From: Armatimonadota bacterium
GTDB lineage: Bacteria > Vulcanimicrobiota > JACPDS01 > JBDRKI01
Length of the DNA: 64,000 nt
NCBI GenBank assembly: GCA_043814095.1
Contig: JBDRKI010000102.1
Span: forward strand, 84,308-148,307
Direction: 5' to 3'
Below are positions 50,906 to 59,714 of the stretch, one piece after another. Position numbers and translations under genes: made by a program. The notes below the pieces were generated by a model. That model did no database searches, had not been told where the DNA came from, and saw only the letters and a list, made by a program, of their open reading frames with translations. Position 1 is the first letter of the stretch. Each line of letters opens with the position of its first letter.

Positions 50906-51313
50906 TCATCTATCCGCCCCAGTCGCCAAAGCTGTAAGTTCTACCGTATGACCTAATTTACCACCCGGAGTAGAAACCCTCACAGTCACCTGTTTTAACC
51001 GCAAAGGTTCCATAACTTTCTTAATAATCTTACACTTATAATCCTTATAGGGTTCTTCAAGTATAAATTCATCTTCCTCAACCTCACCCTGCTCCTCATC
51101 CGGGTTTGAGAAAAGCCCGGAATATTCAAGAGTAGACTCTAGCACTGATTGAGCTATAAAAAGAGCCATGGTTGCATTCTCGGATTTTTGTTTGATTTGA
51201 GATCCGTACACAAATGAATCAAGTATTCCAACCATACAGACTATAAGAAGCATAGAAGAAATAAGCACTTCTATTAAAGTTAAACCACTTCTATTTCTTT
51301 TTTTCTTAATCAT
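50906..51313 (-). CDS. Minor pilin, PilV/GspI-like (cassette 1)
   Basis: Class III signal KKRNRSG|LTLIEVLIS with Glu+5. Confidence 0.85.
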   Translation of the reverse strand: MIKKKRNRSGLTLIEVLISSMLLIVCMVGILDSFVYGSQIKQKSENATMALFIAQSVLESTLEYSGLFSNPDEEQGEVEEDEFILEEPYKDYKCKIIKKVMEPLRLKQVTVRVSTPGGKLGHTVELTALATGADR

Positions 51314-51861
51314 TTTAAAGCCCTTGTAATCACCGTTGTCGCAAAATTATGTACTTTATCCCCAATCTTTACGGACATATAGACCGAGATAAGATCATAA
51401 CTTCTCTCGAGATCTCTAAATTCCAAAAAGACGACATCCCGTGCTATAGTTCTAACGCTTCCTTCGACTATCTGCGCCGAAGACGGATCATTGGGATTAA
51501 AATTCTTATACAGGTATCTCAATATGGTATTTCTGGAGGTATCAAGCTGGTAACAGACCGTATCTTTAGCATAAGAAGTAAAAACAATAAAAGGAGTTCC
51601 GAGGGAAAGGCTCGGTTCCCTGTCCGGATCAGTAAATGGATATTCCAGCTTCTCAGCATTGCAGACTATATCATTTGTTATTCTTTCGAAAGCCACGGAA
51701 CTTAACCGGAAATCGTTAACATTCTCCCCTCTCTCCCTGTAGAGGTTAAGCCCTTTTATATAAACGGCAATGACGGCGCTCATAACCATGGAGAAAACCG
51801 CCATGGTTACAAGAACCTCAGCTAACGTATATCCCGAATTTTTCTTTTTCCTCTTAATCAT
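51310..51861 (-). CDS. Minor pilin, PilW/GspJ-like (cassette 1)
   Basis: Class III signal KKKNSG|YTLAEVLVTM; AFERITNDI helix. Confidence 0.85.
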   Translation of the reverse strand: MIKRKKKNSGYTLAEVLVTMAVFSMVMSAVIAVYIKGLNLYRERGENVNDFRLSSVAFERITNDIVCNAEKLEYPFTDPDREPSLSLGTPFIVFTSYAKDTVCYQLDTSRNTILRYLYKNFNPNDPSSAQIVEGSVRTIARDVVFLEFRDLERSYDLISVYMSVKIGDKVHNFATTVITRALK

Positions 51862-52265
51862 TCTTCCGTCCAGCTTTCCAGATCCGAAGTCTTAGCTATA
51901 ATACTCTTTCTTATTATTTCACTGCCGTCTTTACTCTGCACAATACCCGTGGATCTTAAATACTCTGACTTTACCGCTTCGCCTTTTTCTATTATTTCTA
52001 ACTCTATTTTTCTTGTTTCATCAAGATGTAATACGCTGTTTTCAGATGTAAGCTCTTCCGGCTTAACCATGTCTATATAGTATTCTATGCCCGAACGGGC
52101 AAGAAGAAGCGCCTGCATTCTTGCTTCCTGTATACGGAAAAATTTAGCATCATACTGCACAGAAATGATATAACTTGCCGCCATAGCAAACAGAACGGAA
52201 AAAAGGACAAGAGTCACCGCAAGGGCAATTCCTTTATTTTTGGATTTATCCCTTTTTATCAACAC
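51858..52265 (-). CDS. Minor pilin, PilX/GspK-like (cassette 1)
   Basis: KNKG|IALAVTL lacking Glu+5; QALLLARSGIEY; STG. Confidence 0.8.
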   Translation of the reverse strand: MLIKRDKSKNKGIALAVTLVLFSVLFAMAASYIISVQYDAKFFRIQEARMQALLLARSGIEYYIDMVKPEELTSENSVLHLDETRKIELEIIEKGEAVKSEYLRSTGIVQSKDGSEIIRKSIIAKTSDLESWTEE

Positions 52266-52339
52266 AAATCAAATCCTATAATAATATATTATAAAACAAT
52301 TAACAAATTCAATTAAATAATAAAAATTCCTTTAAAATA

Positions 52340-52369
52340 TACAGGAACATACTTCTGTATGCTCCTGTA
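52340..52369 (-). terminator. Hairpin between TPR gene and pilin cassette 1
   Basis: TACAGGAACATAC-ttct-GTATGCTCCTGTA, followed by TATTTT on the minus strand. Confidence 0.6.
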
Positions 52370-52397
52370 ATTAAAAGATTATTTTATTAAAAGTTAT

Positions 52398-53087
52398 TTA
52401 TTTCAACTTAAGCAGTTTTAAAAATTTACCCGGCACATTATATCCAAACTTTTGCGCTGCTCTGCAGTTTTCCACTGCTTTTTTCCTGTTTCCGCTTTTA
52501 TAGTAAGCTACCGAAAGCTTATAATGTATCACTGCCTTGGTTTTGTTGCTCAACATATCCTCACCGTATTTAATGACATTTTCATACATTTTTGCGCAAT
52601 CGGAAAATTTATTTTGATCGTAATAAACGGATCCGAGCCCCGCATAAGCCGTAAGAACCGTTCCTTTGGGCCCGTTTCCTGCTTTTGAATTCATAATACC
52701 CCGGGACATACCAATAACTTTTTTATACGATATTTCGGCTTGCTTCAGGTTCCCCTGTTTATAATAAATTGTCCCGAGATTAAGATGGGCAGTGGGAAAT
52801 TTATCGTTAATTTTTAAAGTTTCTTTGTAGCATCTCTCCGCTTCTTTAAAATTACCCATCTTAAAATACGCGTGTCCCAGATAACCGTATGCAATGTCAT
52901 GTTTTTTATCTAATTTAACGGCTTTGCCGAATTCATCAGCGGCTTTCTGATATTCGCCTTGTTTAAATAACTTTAACCCTTTTTCATAATGCATATGGGC
53001 TTTAAATCCTGCATCCATATTGCTGTTTACTTTTTTATCCGCTTGTGACCAACCCAACTTATTTACGCTAGAGTAATCAAACTGCAT
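52398..53087 (-). CDS. Tetratricopeptide repeat protein
   Basis: Four to five TPR units (AYGYLGHAYFKMGNFKEA, AHLNLGTIYYKQGNLKQA); no signal peptide; 29 nt downstream of RHS1. Confidence 0.9.
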   Translation of the reverse strand: MQFDYSSVNKLGWSQADKKVNSNMDAGFKAHMHYEKGLKLFKQGEYQKAADEFGKAVKLDKKHDIAYGYLGHAYFKMGNFKEAERCYKETLKINDKFPTAHLNLGTIYYKQGNLKQAEISYKKVIGMSRGIMNSKAGNGPKGTVLTAYAGLGSVYYDQNKFSDCAKMYENVIKYGEDMLSNKTKAVIHYKLSVAYYKSGNRKKAVENCRAAQKFGYNVPGKFLKLLKLK

Positions 53088-53116
53088 ACACTACTCCTTT
53101 CTTATATATCATATTT

Positions 53117-56100
53117 TCAATTCGTCGAGTTTGCTAGATCCGCTCCGCCCTTACTGCAGCTTGATGAACTGTTAGGACTATTAGAGCCGGAACCACTGCC
53201 TGAATCTGAAGGAATCGTGATTTTGACTGCTTCTTTTACTACTTTTGCTCCGGTTGTTATAATCACACTGCCCTTGCCTCCCGTTGCTAAATCATAAACA
53301 ACGGAATCTGTATATCCCACTCCTTCACATCTTTCCAACTGAGCTCTATAATCAGGGTCTTGCTTAAAGTCAGTCTCTGATTGATATTCCGGATGTTCCC
53401 TGCTAATACGCTCTCTTGTTTGCCCCAATGATTCATTTCGGGTTCTTTTTCTTGCTTCATGTCTTTCCATTGCCGCTTGATACTCAGGCGTACCCGATGT
53501 TGGATAATGCTGTTTATAACCTTCCGGATCAACAAAATTAACAGGATCATTATCACAATATACATAAAGGTTTAATCCTGCGGCATACCCTATTTTATCG
53601 GGCTGAGTAAACCTTCCTATTTTGGGATCATAGTATCTTGACTGCAAATAATATAATTCTGACTCTTCGTCATAATAATATCCCGCATATCTTATGGGGC
53701 TTTCCACTTTATTTACAAAACCGGGCTCTTGAGACTGCCCACCGGGACCAGGTTCCTGGTCTCTATCACTATCCGGAGGATCAGGCAAAGGAGTTTGATT
53801 TCTCTCGCCACCCGGAGGATCAGGCAGAGGAGTTTGATTGTCATCCTGATGACCCGGACGATCAAGTGGATCTCTATCATCATCGTCATCCTGGGGTCCT
53901 AAATTATTAGTCTGAACAGCCGCTATAAATGCTCCCCTGCTCTGCAGCTGAGGTAATGGAGGAGCTCCTTTAGTATCTACCTGAGGTTGTACTGCAGGTG
54001 TATTCTGCTGGTTAGGCCGCTCTGTAGGAGAATGTCCCATAAAGAACTTCTTTATATTGTCAAATATTTTCTTTATAAATGATATAAGTTTATTTTCTTT
54101 ATTTCCTGATTCCTGTTGCGAATCATGGGGACCCTGCTGGGGCTGACCCTGTATTTCGCCGGGAGTTCCACTGACGGATGTAAGCGGATTGCCGAATTCA
54201 TCATACTCGTAAATTGCCGCTATTTCACCCTCTTTATCTGTTACGCCCACAACACTCCCTTGCAGATCTGTAATGTAGTAGTAATTTCCTTTGGGGTTGC
54301 TGAAACCATATCCGTAGTTTACGAATTCAATCTTGCCGTTTTCATCAATCTCCCCTTTTATACTACCGTTTAACCATAAAGTATAAATCTTCTCTTTGGT
54401 TTTTGAAGAATACTTTACGGTTCTAAGACCCGTTGCGCCGCTGTAGGTGTATTCCTCAAAACTTTCACTCCCCGGACCTTTAAATTCTATCTTCTTAACT
54501 TTATTTAACTTGTTATAGTAGAAATCTTTTTTTCTGCCTGAAGTATCGGCAGCCATAATATTACCGGCAGAATCATAATCATATCTAGTATTGCTTGTGG
54601 ATTTTAACTGATTGGCGTCATCATACTTATAATCAACCCTGCCTGATGGAGTCTGGGAAGAAATCCTGTTGCCGTTTCTGTCATATGCATAGGATGAAAC
54701 CGTCTTACCCGCCAGCTTTACTTCTTTTAGCTGGCCTACCTTGTCGTAAACATATTCAAAATCTTTTGCGTTTCTGTGGGAACCCCAAGATTTTTTCCTT
54801 TTTACCCTGTTCAATTTGTCGTATTCATACTCAACAAGGTAAAGAATCTCGCCTTTATCAGATAGATATTTCATGCGGCTTATATTCTTAAGACCGTTAT
54901 ATACAATGAAAAGTTTCATCCCGTTGGGATAATCAATTCTCGCGGGATCCTTGTTTTCATTATATACAAGTTTTAAATCTTTATCGCCTTTCTTTTTTAT
55001 TGCCGTAATTTTATTCGCTTTATCATACTCAATACTAAACTCATCTCCTGCAAAATTCTTCTGGTATATCAAATTGCCGGCATTGTCATAGCGCAGTTCT
55101 GTAGATTTATCCTTAAAAGGATATTCTTTCTTAATGAGCCTGCCCATTGCGTCATATTCGTATTCAGTGGAACCGGTCTCATCCCTTACTTTCATAAGAT
55201 TGCTGTTATCATCCCAATCATAATATATGGTATTATCCCCTGTTTTTCTTATAAGGCGGTTTAACTGGTCATAACGGTATTCCACGTTTAGAGGTGTTGA
55301 CGGTACGCGTCTTGCAAGCAGGTTGCCGGCTCCGTCATAACTGTAGTAAGTATAACGGTTTAATTGATCCCTTTTAGATATAACTTTATCCGCATGGTTA
55401 TATGGATACCCGAAATTTATATTGTTTTCTCTCGGGTCTCTTATATCTGTAAGTTTTTCATTATGATTATAGTTAAGACTTACCGGGAAAGTTTCAGCAT
55501 CCGTAACCCTCCTAAGCAGGTTAAATGCGTCATATGCCATTCTCACGGTATTATTTTCAGCATCAGTAACGGATGTAAGGTTGCAGTTTCCGTCATAAGT
55601 AAATTTTGTGGCATTACCTTCCGGATCTTTTATTTCTGTTAACAAATTAAAGTTATTGTATGTATAATCATACTTACGCCCGTTTATATTTATAAATACC
55701 GGCATGCCCATATCATTATATTTAGCATAAAGGAAGCCGCCTTCTTCATCCACCATACTTACAAGGTTGCCGCGGGAATCATAGTCGTATTTCCATACAT
55801 GGCCGTTGGGGTCCGTTAACCTGGTCATGTTGCTTTTATTATTGTAATCAAAGACCCATTTCTTACCGCATTTATCCACATAAGAAACAAGATTATTTTT
55901 CGAATCATAATAAAAACTGACATGCCCGCCCATAGCGTCATAATAATCCGTAGGGTAATTTCTATTGTTATAAACTATTCTTATCTCCGTATTATCCGGC
56001 CTTACAAACTTTATAATATTGCCGTCATTATCATAATAATACTTGGTAATACGCCCAAGAGGATCTTTTTTGCTTGTCATAAGCTGGGTTGCCGGATCAT

Positions 56101-57916
56101 AAGTAAACGCGTAGCTTACTCTCTGACCGTTCGGACCCGGCTCTTCAGTTCTTGTAATATTGCCCCTGTCATCATAATAAAATCTTACAATTCTCCCGCT
56201 TTCGTTTATCTCTGTCCACATTTCACCGCTTGCCGGTACCGGCAGCGATTTATATGTTACTATATTTCCAGGATTAAAATCCTGCGCCGGCTGGATCCAG
56301 CTGTATTTATATTTAATATAACCGCCGTTTGCAAGGCGCTGTTCCCTTACAATCTGGCAGTCCGGAGGATGGCCTGCCATATAATCATTATACACCTGTG
56401 AGCCGTTAGGATATTCTATGGTAGAGTATTTTCCTCCATCAAATTTAAAAACGGTATAGTTGCCTTCAACATCCTTAACTTTACTTAAGAAAAGGCCGTC
56501 TCTCCATGTATATTCAACCGTTCTCCCAGTCCAGTCCTGTATCTTTGATACAAGACCATTGTCATCATGATAAACATTTATCTTTCTCCCGTAAGGATCG
56601 GTTATAATCATATCGTGGCACAGATTCCTGTTAACCCCCATAATAGATGCAATTTCTATGGGCATATCAGAAATAAATTTTCTAATATCCTTTACGAGCA
56701 TTTTCCATGTATATGTTGTTACCCTGCCCTGCGGGTCTATTTCTTTTATAAGAAATCCAAGCGTATTAAAGACTTTTTTGCTTTGATCGGGAAAAATAAC
56801 TATATAATTCTTTAAGTCATAATATACTTTTAAGAAATTCCAAGGCTGAGCCGGACTATATGTCCTTCTGTTATCGCCCGGTTTTTTTACAAATCTGTAC
56901 TCACAAAAACGAAAATCCCTGTAATAAATGGAGCCGTCTACCGAGTCAAACCTTAAGCATTCGTCAAAATTAAACATCCAGCCAAAACTGCCTCCCCCCG
57001 GCTGGTATCCCATGCCGCTGTTATAATACCTTCTTATCTCATAACCGGAAGGAAATGACATATCTACATATTCTTCCACCAAAGCGCCGGTGGCTATGCT
57101 TACAGGACAACCTCCGTTATTATCGCCGCCGCCGGAGCCCTTGCCGCCGCCTGCGGTCGTACCCATACATGCATCGCCTTTTATCCGGCCTTCACTATTA
57201 TTTGTTCTTATACTGTAGCCACCTCTGGATGAAAGTTTTAAGTCTTTTATCTCATGTGATTTTGCTATTCTTGTCCTTTCATCCGGGTCCGTGAAAGCCT
57301 GCAGATCAAATTTCATTATGTTATCAGGGGTCGTTGGAAACCATATTTCGTAATACATCCTGTAACGCCCCGTGCCTATCTTATCTTTAAACTTTGAAGG
57401 TTCATAAAATCCGTACATCCATATGCCGCCTTCCGCGACTTCAACTTTTTTAGTACCTTCAATTTTTATTAAAACTTCATTATTATCGTTACGGAACTCA
57501 ACTTTATAATTAATTACCTTGGGAAGGTATACAAAAGTGTCTTTTCCCCTTACAAAATACGGCCATAAACGCAGTGAATAATATGCATGTCCGCCCTGAT
57601 ACATGGGAGATGAAGGAGTAGGCCCGTAAGAAGCTAATGAGCTGAATCTTTGTCCATAACCCATTATATCTACGGTAACAATGTCAAAAACACTGGAGTT
57701 AACTATTGAGGGAAAACCTTTATAATCAAGATTTTCATCTTGATTATAATGACTGCTTATATCTATTACCCCTTCAGGCACCTCATCAATATTAAGATAG
57801 GGATTAATAGAATCATCCGTTTGTGAATTAACTACATTTGTAAAAATTAAAAATAAAAGCAAAGGTAAAATTACCAGTGCCCATAAAATTCCCGGATATC
57901 GTTTTTTAATTTTCAT
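53117..57916 (-). CDS. RHS/YD-repeat protein RHS1 with Sec signal, DUF6531-like domain and RHS core
   Basis: N-terminal signal helix; PVSIATG...RYYNS...FGW; many YD..GN repeats; core RYAGYYYD.ESELYY..SRYYDP.IGRF...NLYVYCDNDPVNFVDPEG. Confidence 0.95.
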   Translation of the reverse strand: MKIKKRYPGILWALVILPLLLFLIFTNVVNSQTDDSINPYLNIDEVPEGVIDISSHYNQDENLDYKGFPSIVNSSVFDIVTVDIMGYGQRFSSLASYGPTPSSPMYQGGHAYYSLRLWPYFVRGKDTFVYLPKVINYKVEFRNDNNEVLIKIEGTKKVEVAEGGIWMYGFYEPSKFKDKIGTGRYRMYYEIWFPTTPDNIMKFDLQAFTDPDERTRIAKSHEIKDLKLSSRGGYSIRTNNSEGRIKGDACMGTTAGGGKGSGGGDNNGGCPVSIATGALVEEYVDMSFPSGYEIRRYYNSGMGYQPGGGSFGWMFNFDECLRFDSVDGSIYYRDFRFCEYRFVKKPGDNRRTYSPAQPWNFLKVYYDLKNYIVIFPDQSKKVFNTLGFLIKEIDPQGRVTTYTWKMLVKDIRKFISDMPIEIASIMGVNRNLCHDMIITDPYGRKINVYHDDNGLVSKIQDWTGRTVEYTWRDGLFLSKVKDVEGNYTVFKFDGGKYSTIEYPNGSQVYNDYMAGHPPDCQIVREQRLANGGYIKYKYSWIQPAQDFNPGNIVTYKSLPVPASGEMWTEINESGRIVRFYYDDRGNITRTEEPGPNGQRVSYAFTYDPATQLMTSKKDPLGRITKYYYDNDGNIIKFVRPDNTEIRIVYNNRNYPTDYYDAMGGHVSFYYDSKNNLVSYVDKCGKKWVFDYNNKSNMTRLTDPNGHVWKYDYDSRGNLVSMVDEEGGFLYAKYNDMGMPVFININGRKYDYTYNNFNLLTEIKDPEGNATKFTYDGNCNLTSVTDAENNTVRMAYDAFNLLRRVTDAETFPVSLNYNHNEKLTDIRDPRENNINFGYPYNHADKVISKRDQLNRYTYYSYDGAGNLLARRVPSTPLNVEYRYDQLNRLIRKTGDNTIYYDWDDNSNLMKVRDETGSTEYEYDAMGRLIKKEYPFKDKSTELRYDNAGNLIYQKNFAGDEFSIEYDKANKITAIKKKGDKDLKLVYNENKDPARIDYPNGMKLFIVYNGLKNISRMKYLSDKGEILYLVEYEYDKLNRVKRKKSWGSHRNAKDFEYVYDKVGQLKEVKLAGKTVSSYAYDRNGNRISSQTPSGRVDYKYDDANQLKSTSNTRYDYDSAGNIMAADTSGRKKDFYYNKLNKVKKIEFKGPGSESFEEYTYSGATGLRTVKYSSKTKEKIYTLWLNGSIKGEIDENGKIEFVNYGYGFSNPKGNYYYITDLQGSVVGVTDKEGEIAAIYEYDEFGNPLTSVSGTPGEIQGQPQQGPHDSQQESGNKENKLISFIKKIFDNIKKFFMGHSPTERPNQQNTPAVQPQVDTKGAPPLPQLQSRGAFIAAVQTNNLGPQDDDDDRDPLDRPGHQDDNQTPLPDPPGGERNQTPLPDPPDSDRDQEPGPGGQSQEPGFVNKVESPIRYAGYYYDEESELYYLQSRYYDPKIGRFTQPDKIGYAAGLNLYVYCDNDPVNFVDPEGYKQHYPTSGTPEYQAAMERHEARKRTRNESLGQTRERISREHPEYQSETDFKQDPDYRAQLERCEGVGYTDSVVYDLATGGKGSVIITTGAKVVKEAVKITIPSDSGSGSGSNSPNSSSSCSKGGADLANSTN
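53773..53839 (-). repeat. Direct repeat (28 nt, 39-nt period) encoding NQTPLPDPP twice
   Basis: CCGGAGGATCAGGCA(A/G)AGGAGTTTGATT at 53773 and 53812. Confidence 0.85.
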
Positions 57917-58034
57917 AAAATCCCTCTGGGAGTGATTTTATATTTATATTCTACTCCTATTTCAAAAAAACCTTGAAAAGCAAGTTTTTTATATTATCCC
58001 CTAACTTCATTATAATATTTAATGTAAAGATTAT

Positions 58035-58057
58035 ATATAGGTCTAAAGGAGTATTTT
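58035..58057 (-). promoter_or_regulatory. Conserved 23-bp motif upstream of RHS1
   Basis: Minus strand AAAATACTCCtttaGACCTATAT; 21/23 identical to 60841-60863 upstream of RHS2. Confidence 0.6.
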
Positions 58058-58143
58058 AAAGGATAAAAAAAACGGTGTTTTTTTTTGCCGTTTTTAATGC
58101 TTTTTTACTTGAAATTCCAAAAGATCCGAATATTTTCCTTATC

Positions 58144-58177
58144 CAAGACTGTTTTTAAAAAATGAAAAACAGTCTTG
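58144..58177. promoter_or_regulatory. 13-bp inverted repeat in the divergent intergenic region
   Basis: CAAGACTGTTTTT-aaaaaatg-AAAAACAGTCTTG. Confidence 0.45.
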
Positions 58178-58283
58178 TGCGACTCCTTATCCTTTCTCCT
58201 GTTTGTTTTTGTTAAAAGAGGTATTTTATGCGAAAATAAAGAAATATAATATTTAATATCAGATTTACTGCAATCATAAAATT

Positions 58284-58700
58284 ATGGGATGCACTATAAA
58301 AAACAAAACAAAAAATCACGCCGGAACGCAGTCAAAGCCAAAGGGATTTGCTCTGGCTCTGACTCTTGTTATATTTGCGATTCTATTACTGCTTTCTTCA
58401 ACCTACATTACGCTTGTCATTTCTGATATCAGATTTTCTAATATCAGGAACTTACAAACTCAGGCGATTTTCCTGGCGCGGTCAGGAATAGAATATTACC
58501 GTTATATGAATATGCCGGAAAGCGGCGTGCCGGAAACTTCTGTGGACAATAACGCGTTTTCTGTGGAAGTCGTATCCATAAACGGTGAAAAATTTGTTAA
58601 ATCAACGGGAATAGTAAATAACCTTGCTGGCGGGGAAATCGCGAAAGAAAGCATAATTGCCCCTATGGGCGATTTGAAAAAATGGCGAAGGACTTATTAG
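58284..58700 (+). CDS. Minor pilin, PilX/GspK-like (cassette 2)
   Basis: KPKG|FALALTL lacking Glu+5; QAIFLARSGIEYY; paralog of 51858-52265. Confidence 0.8.
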   Translation: MGCTIKNKTKNHAGTQSKPKGFALALTLVIFAILLLLSSTYITLVISDIRFSNIRNLQTQAIFLARSGIEYYRYMNMPESGVPETSVDNNAFSVEVVSINGEKFVKSTGIVNNLAGGEIAKESIIAPMGDLKKWRRTY

Positions 58701-58718
58701 AAAAAACGGAGCGCTTGT

Positions 58719-59276
58719 TTGCATAATATTTTGAAATCAAAAAAAAGAAAACAGGGATATACCCTGGTTGAAGTGCTTGTTACGATGGCTATTTTTTCAT
58801 TAGTTGTCTTCGCGGTAACGGATGTATATGTTAAGGGAATAAAGCATAACAAAAGATTATCAAATAAGATATCAAGTTTCAGAGGGCCCGCTGTGGCTTT
58901 GGATAGGATATCACGTGAAATTATGTGTGACGCTGACATGATATTATACCCTCTTTACGACGATCTGCTTTCAGGATCAGACTCAATTGTTTTTTCCACG
59001 CTGGAGAAAGAGCCAAAAATAATAGGATATATATATGACGCGGACTCTTTAACCATAAAAAGAATTGTATACTCCTGCGCCATAGCAGATTTTGACCCTT
59101 ACGATTTAGAGACAAACCTGCAGTTTGTGCAGCCGGACGGGGTTAGAATTTTTGCCGGCGGAATAAAAAATATAAATTACCGGCTGACATCGGACCTTCT
59201 TTTGCAAATCTCGCTGACCGCGCAGGGAGATGACAGGGATTATTTGTTTTCAACCGCTGTTTGTTTCGGAAAATAG
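58719..59276 (+). CDS. Minor pilin, PilW/GspJ-like (cassette 2)
   Basis: KKRKQG|YTLVEVLVTM; ALDRISREI; paralog of 51310-51861. Confidence 0.85.
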   Translation: MHNILKSKKRKQGYTLVEVLVTMAIFSLVVFAVTDVYVKGIKHNKRLSNKISSFRGPAVALDRISREIMCDADMILYPLYDDLLSGSDSIVFSTLEKEPKIIGYIYDADSLTIKRIVYSCAIADFDPYDLETNLQFVQPDGVRIFAGGIKNINYRLTSDLLLQISLTAQGDDRDYLFSTAVCFGK

Positions 59277-59321
59277 AGTTTCCCTAATGTATAAATAGCA
59301 AAACTTATTTGGTGGTTTTTT

Positions 59322-59705
59322 ATGAATAATGTGAAAAGAAAAAAGAAAGGACTTACGCTTGTAGAGGTCATTATATCGGTATCTATTCTTTTTATTTGCA
59401 TGGTTGGGATTATGGATGCTTTTGTTCTGGGGTCCGTTTATCAAAAAAGTTCCGAAGAAGTTACAACCGCTTCTTTTTTGGGCCAGCAAGTATTGGAGTC
59501 ATTATTATCATATACTGCTTCCGAGTCATTAGAAATCTCGGCAGAATCATTCCCCGAACCTTACGAGAAATATAACTATACCGCTAAGATGGCTCCTTTT
59601 GAAGATTTAGAAGGCTTTGTAAAAATAACTGTCCATGTTTCTACCCCTAAAGGCTCCAAATTGCGCAGGGTCGTGAAGCTCTCGGCATTAAAATTAATTG
59701 AGTGA
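59322..59705 (+). CDS. Minor pilin, PilV/GspI-like (cassette 2)
   Basis: KRKKKG|LTLVEVIIS; paralog of 50906-51313 (CMVGI.D.FV.GS, VSTP.G). Confidence 0.85.
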   Translation: MNNVKRKKKGLTLVEVIISVSILFICMVGIMDAFVLGSVYQKSSEEVTTASFLGQQVLESLLSYTASESLEISAESFPEPYEKYNYTAKMAPFEDLEGFVKITVHVSTPKGSKLRRVVKLSALKLIE

Positions 59706-59714
59706 TGAATCAAC

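Noticed and set aside
53773-53839. Direct repeats as a possible CRISPR array
   Set aside because: Only two copies with an 11-nt gap, in frame within RHS1; no cas genes
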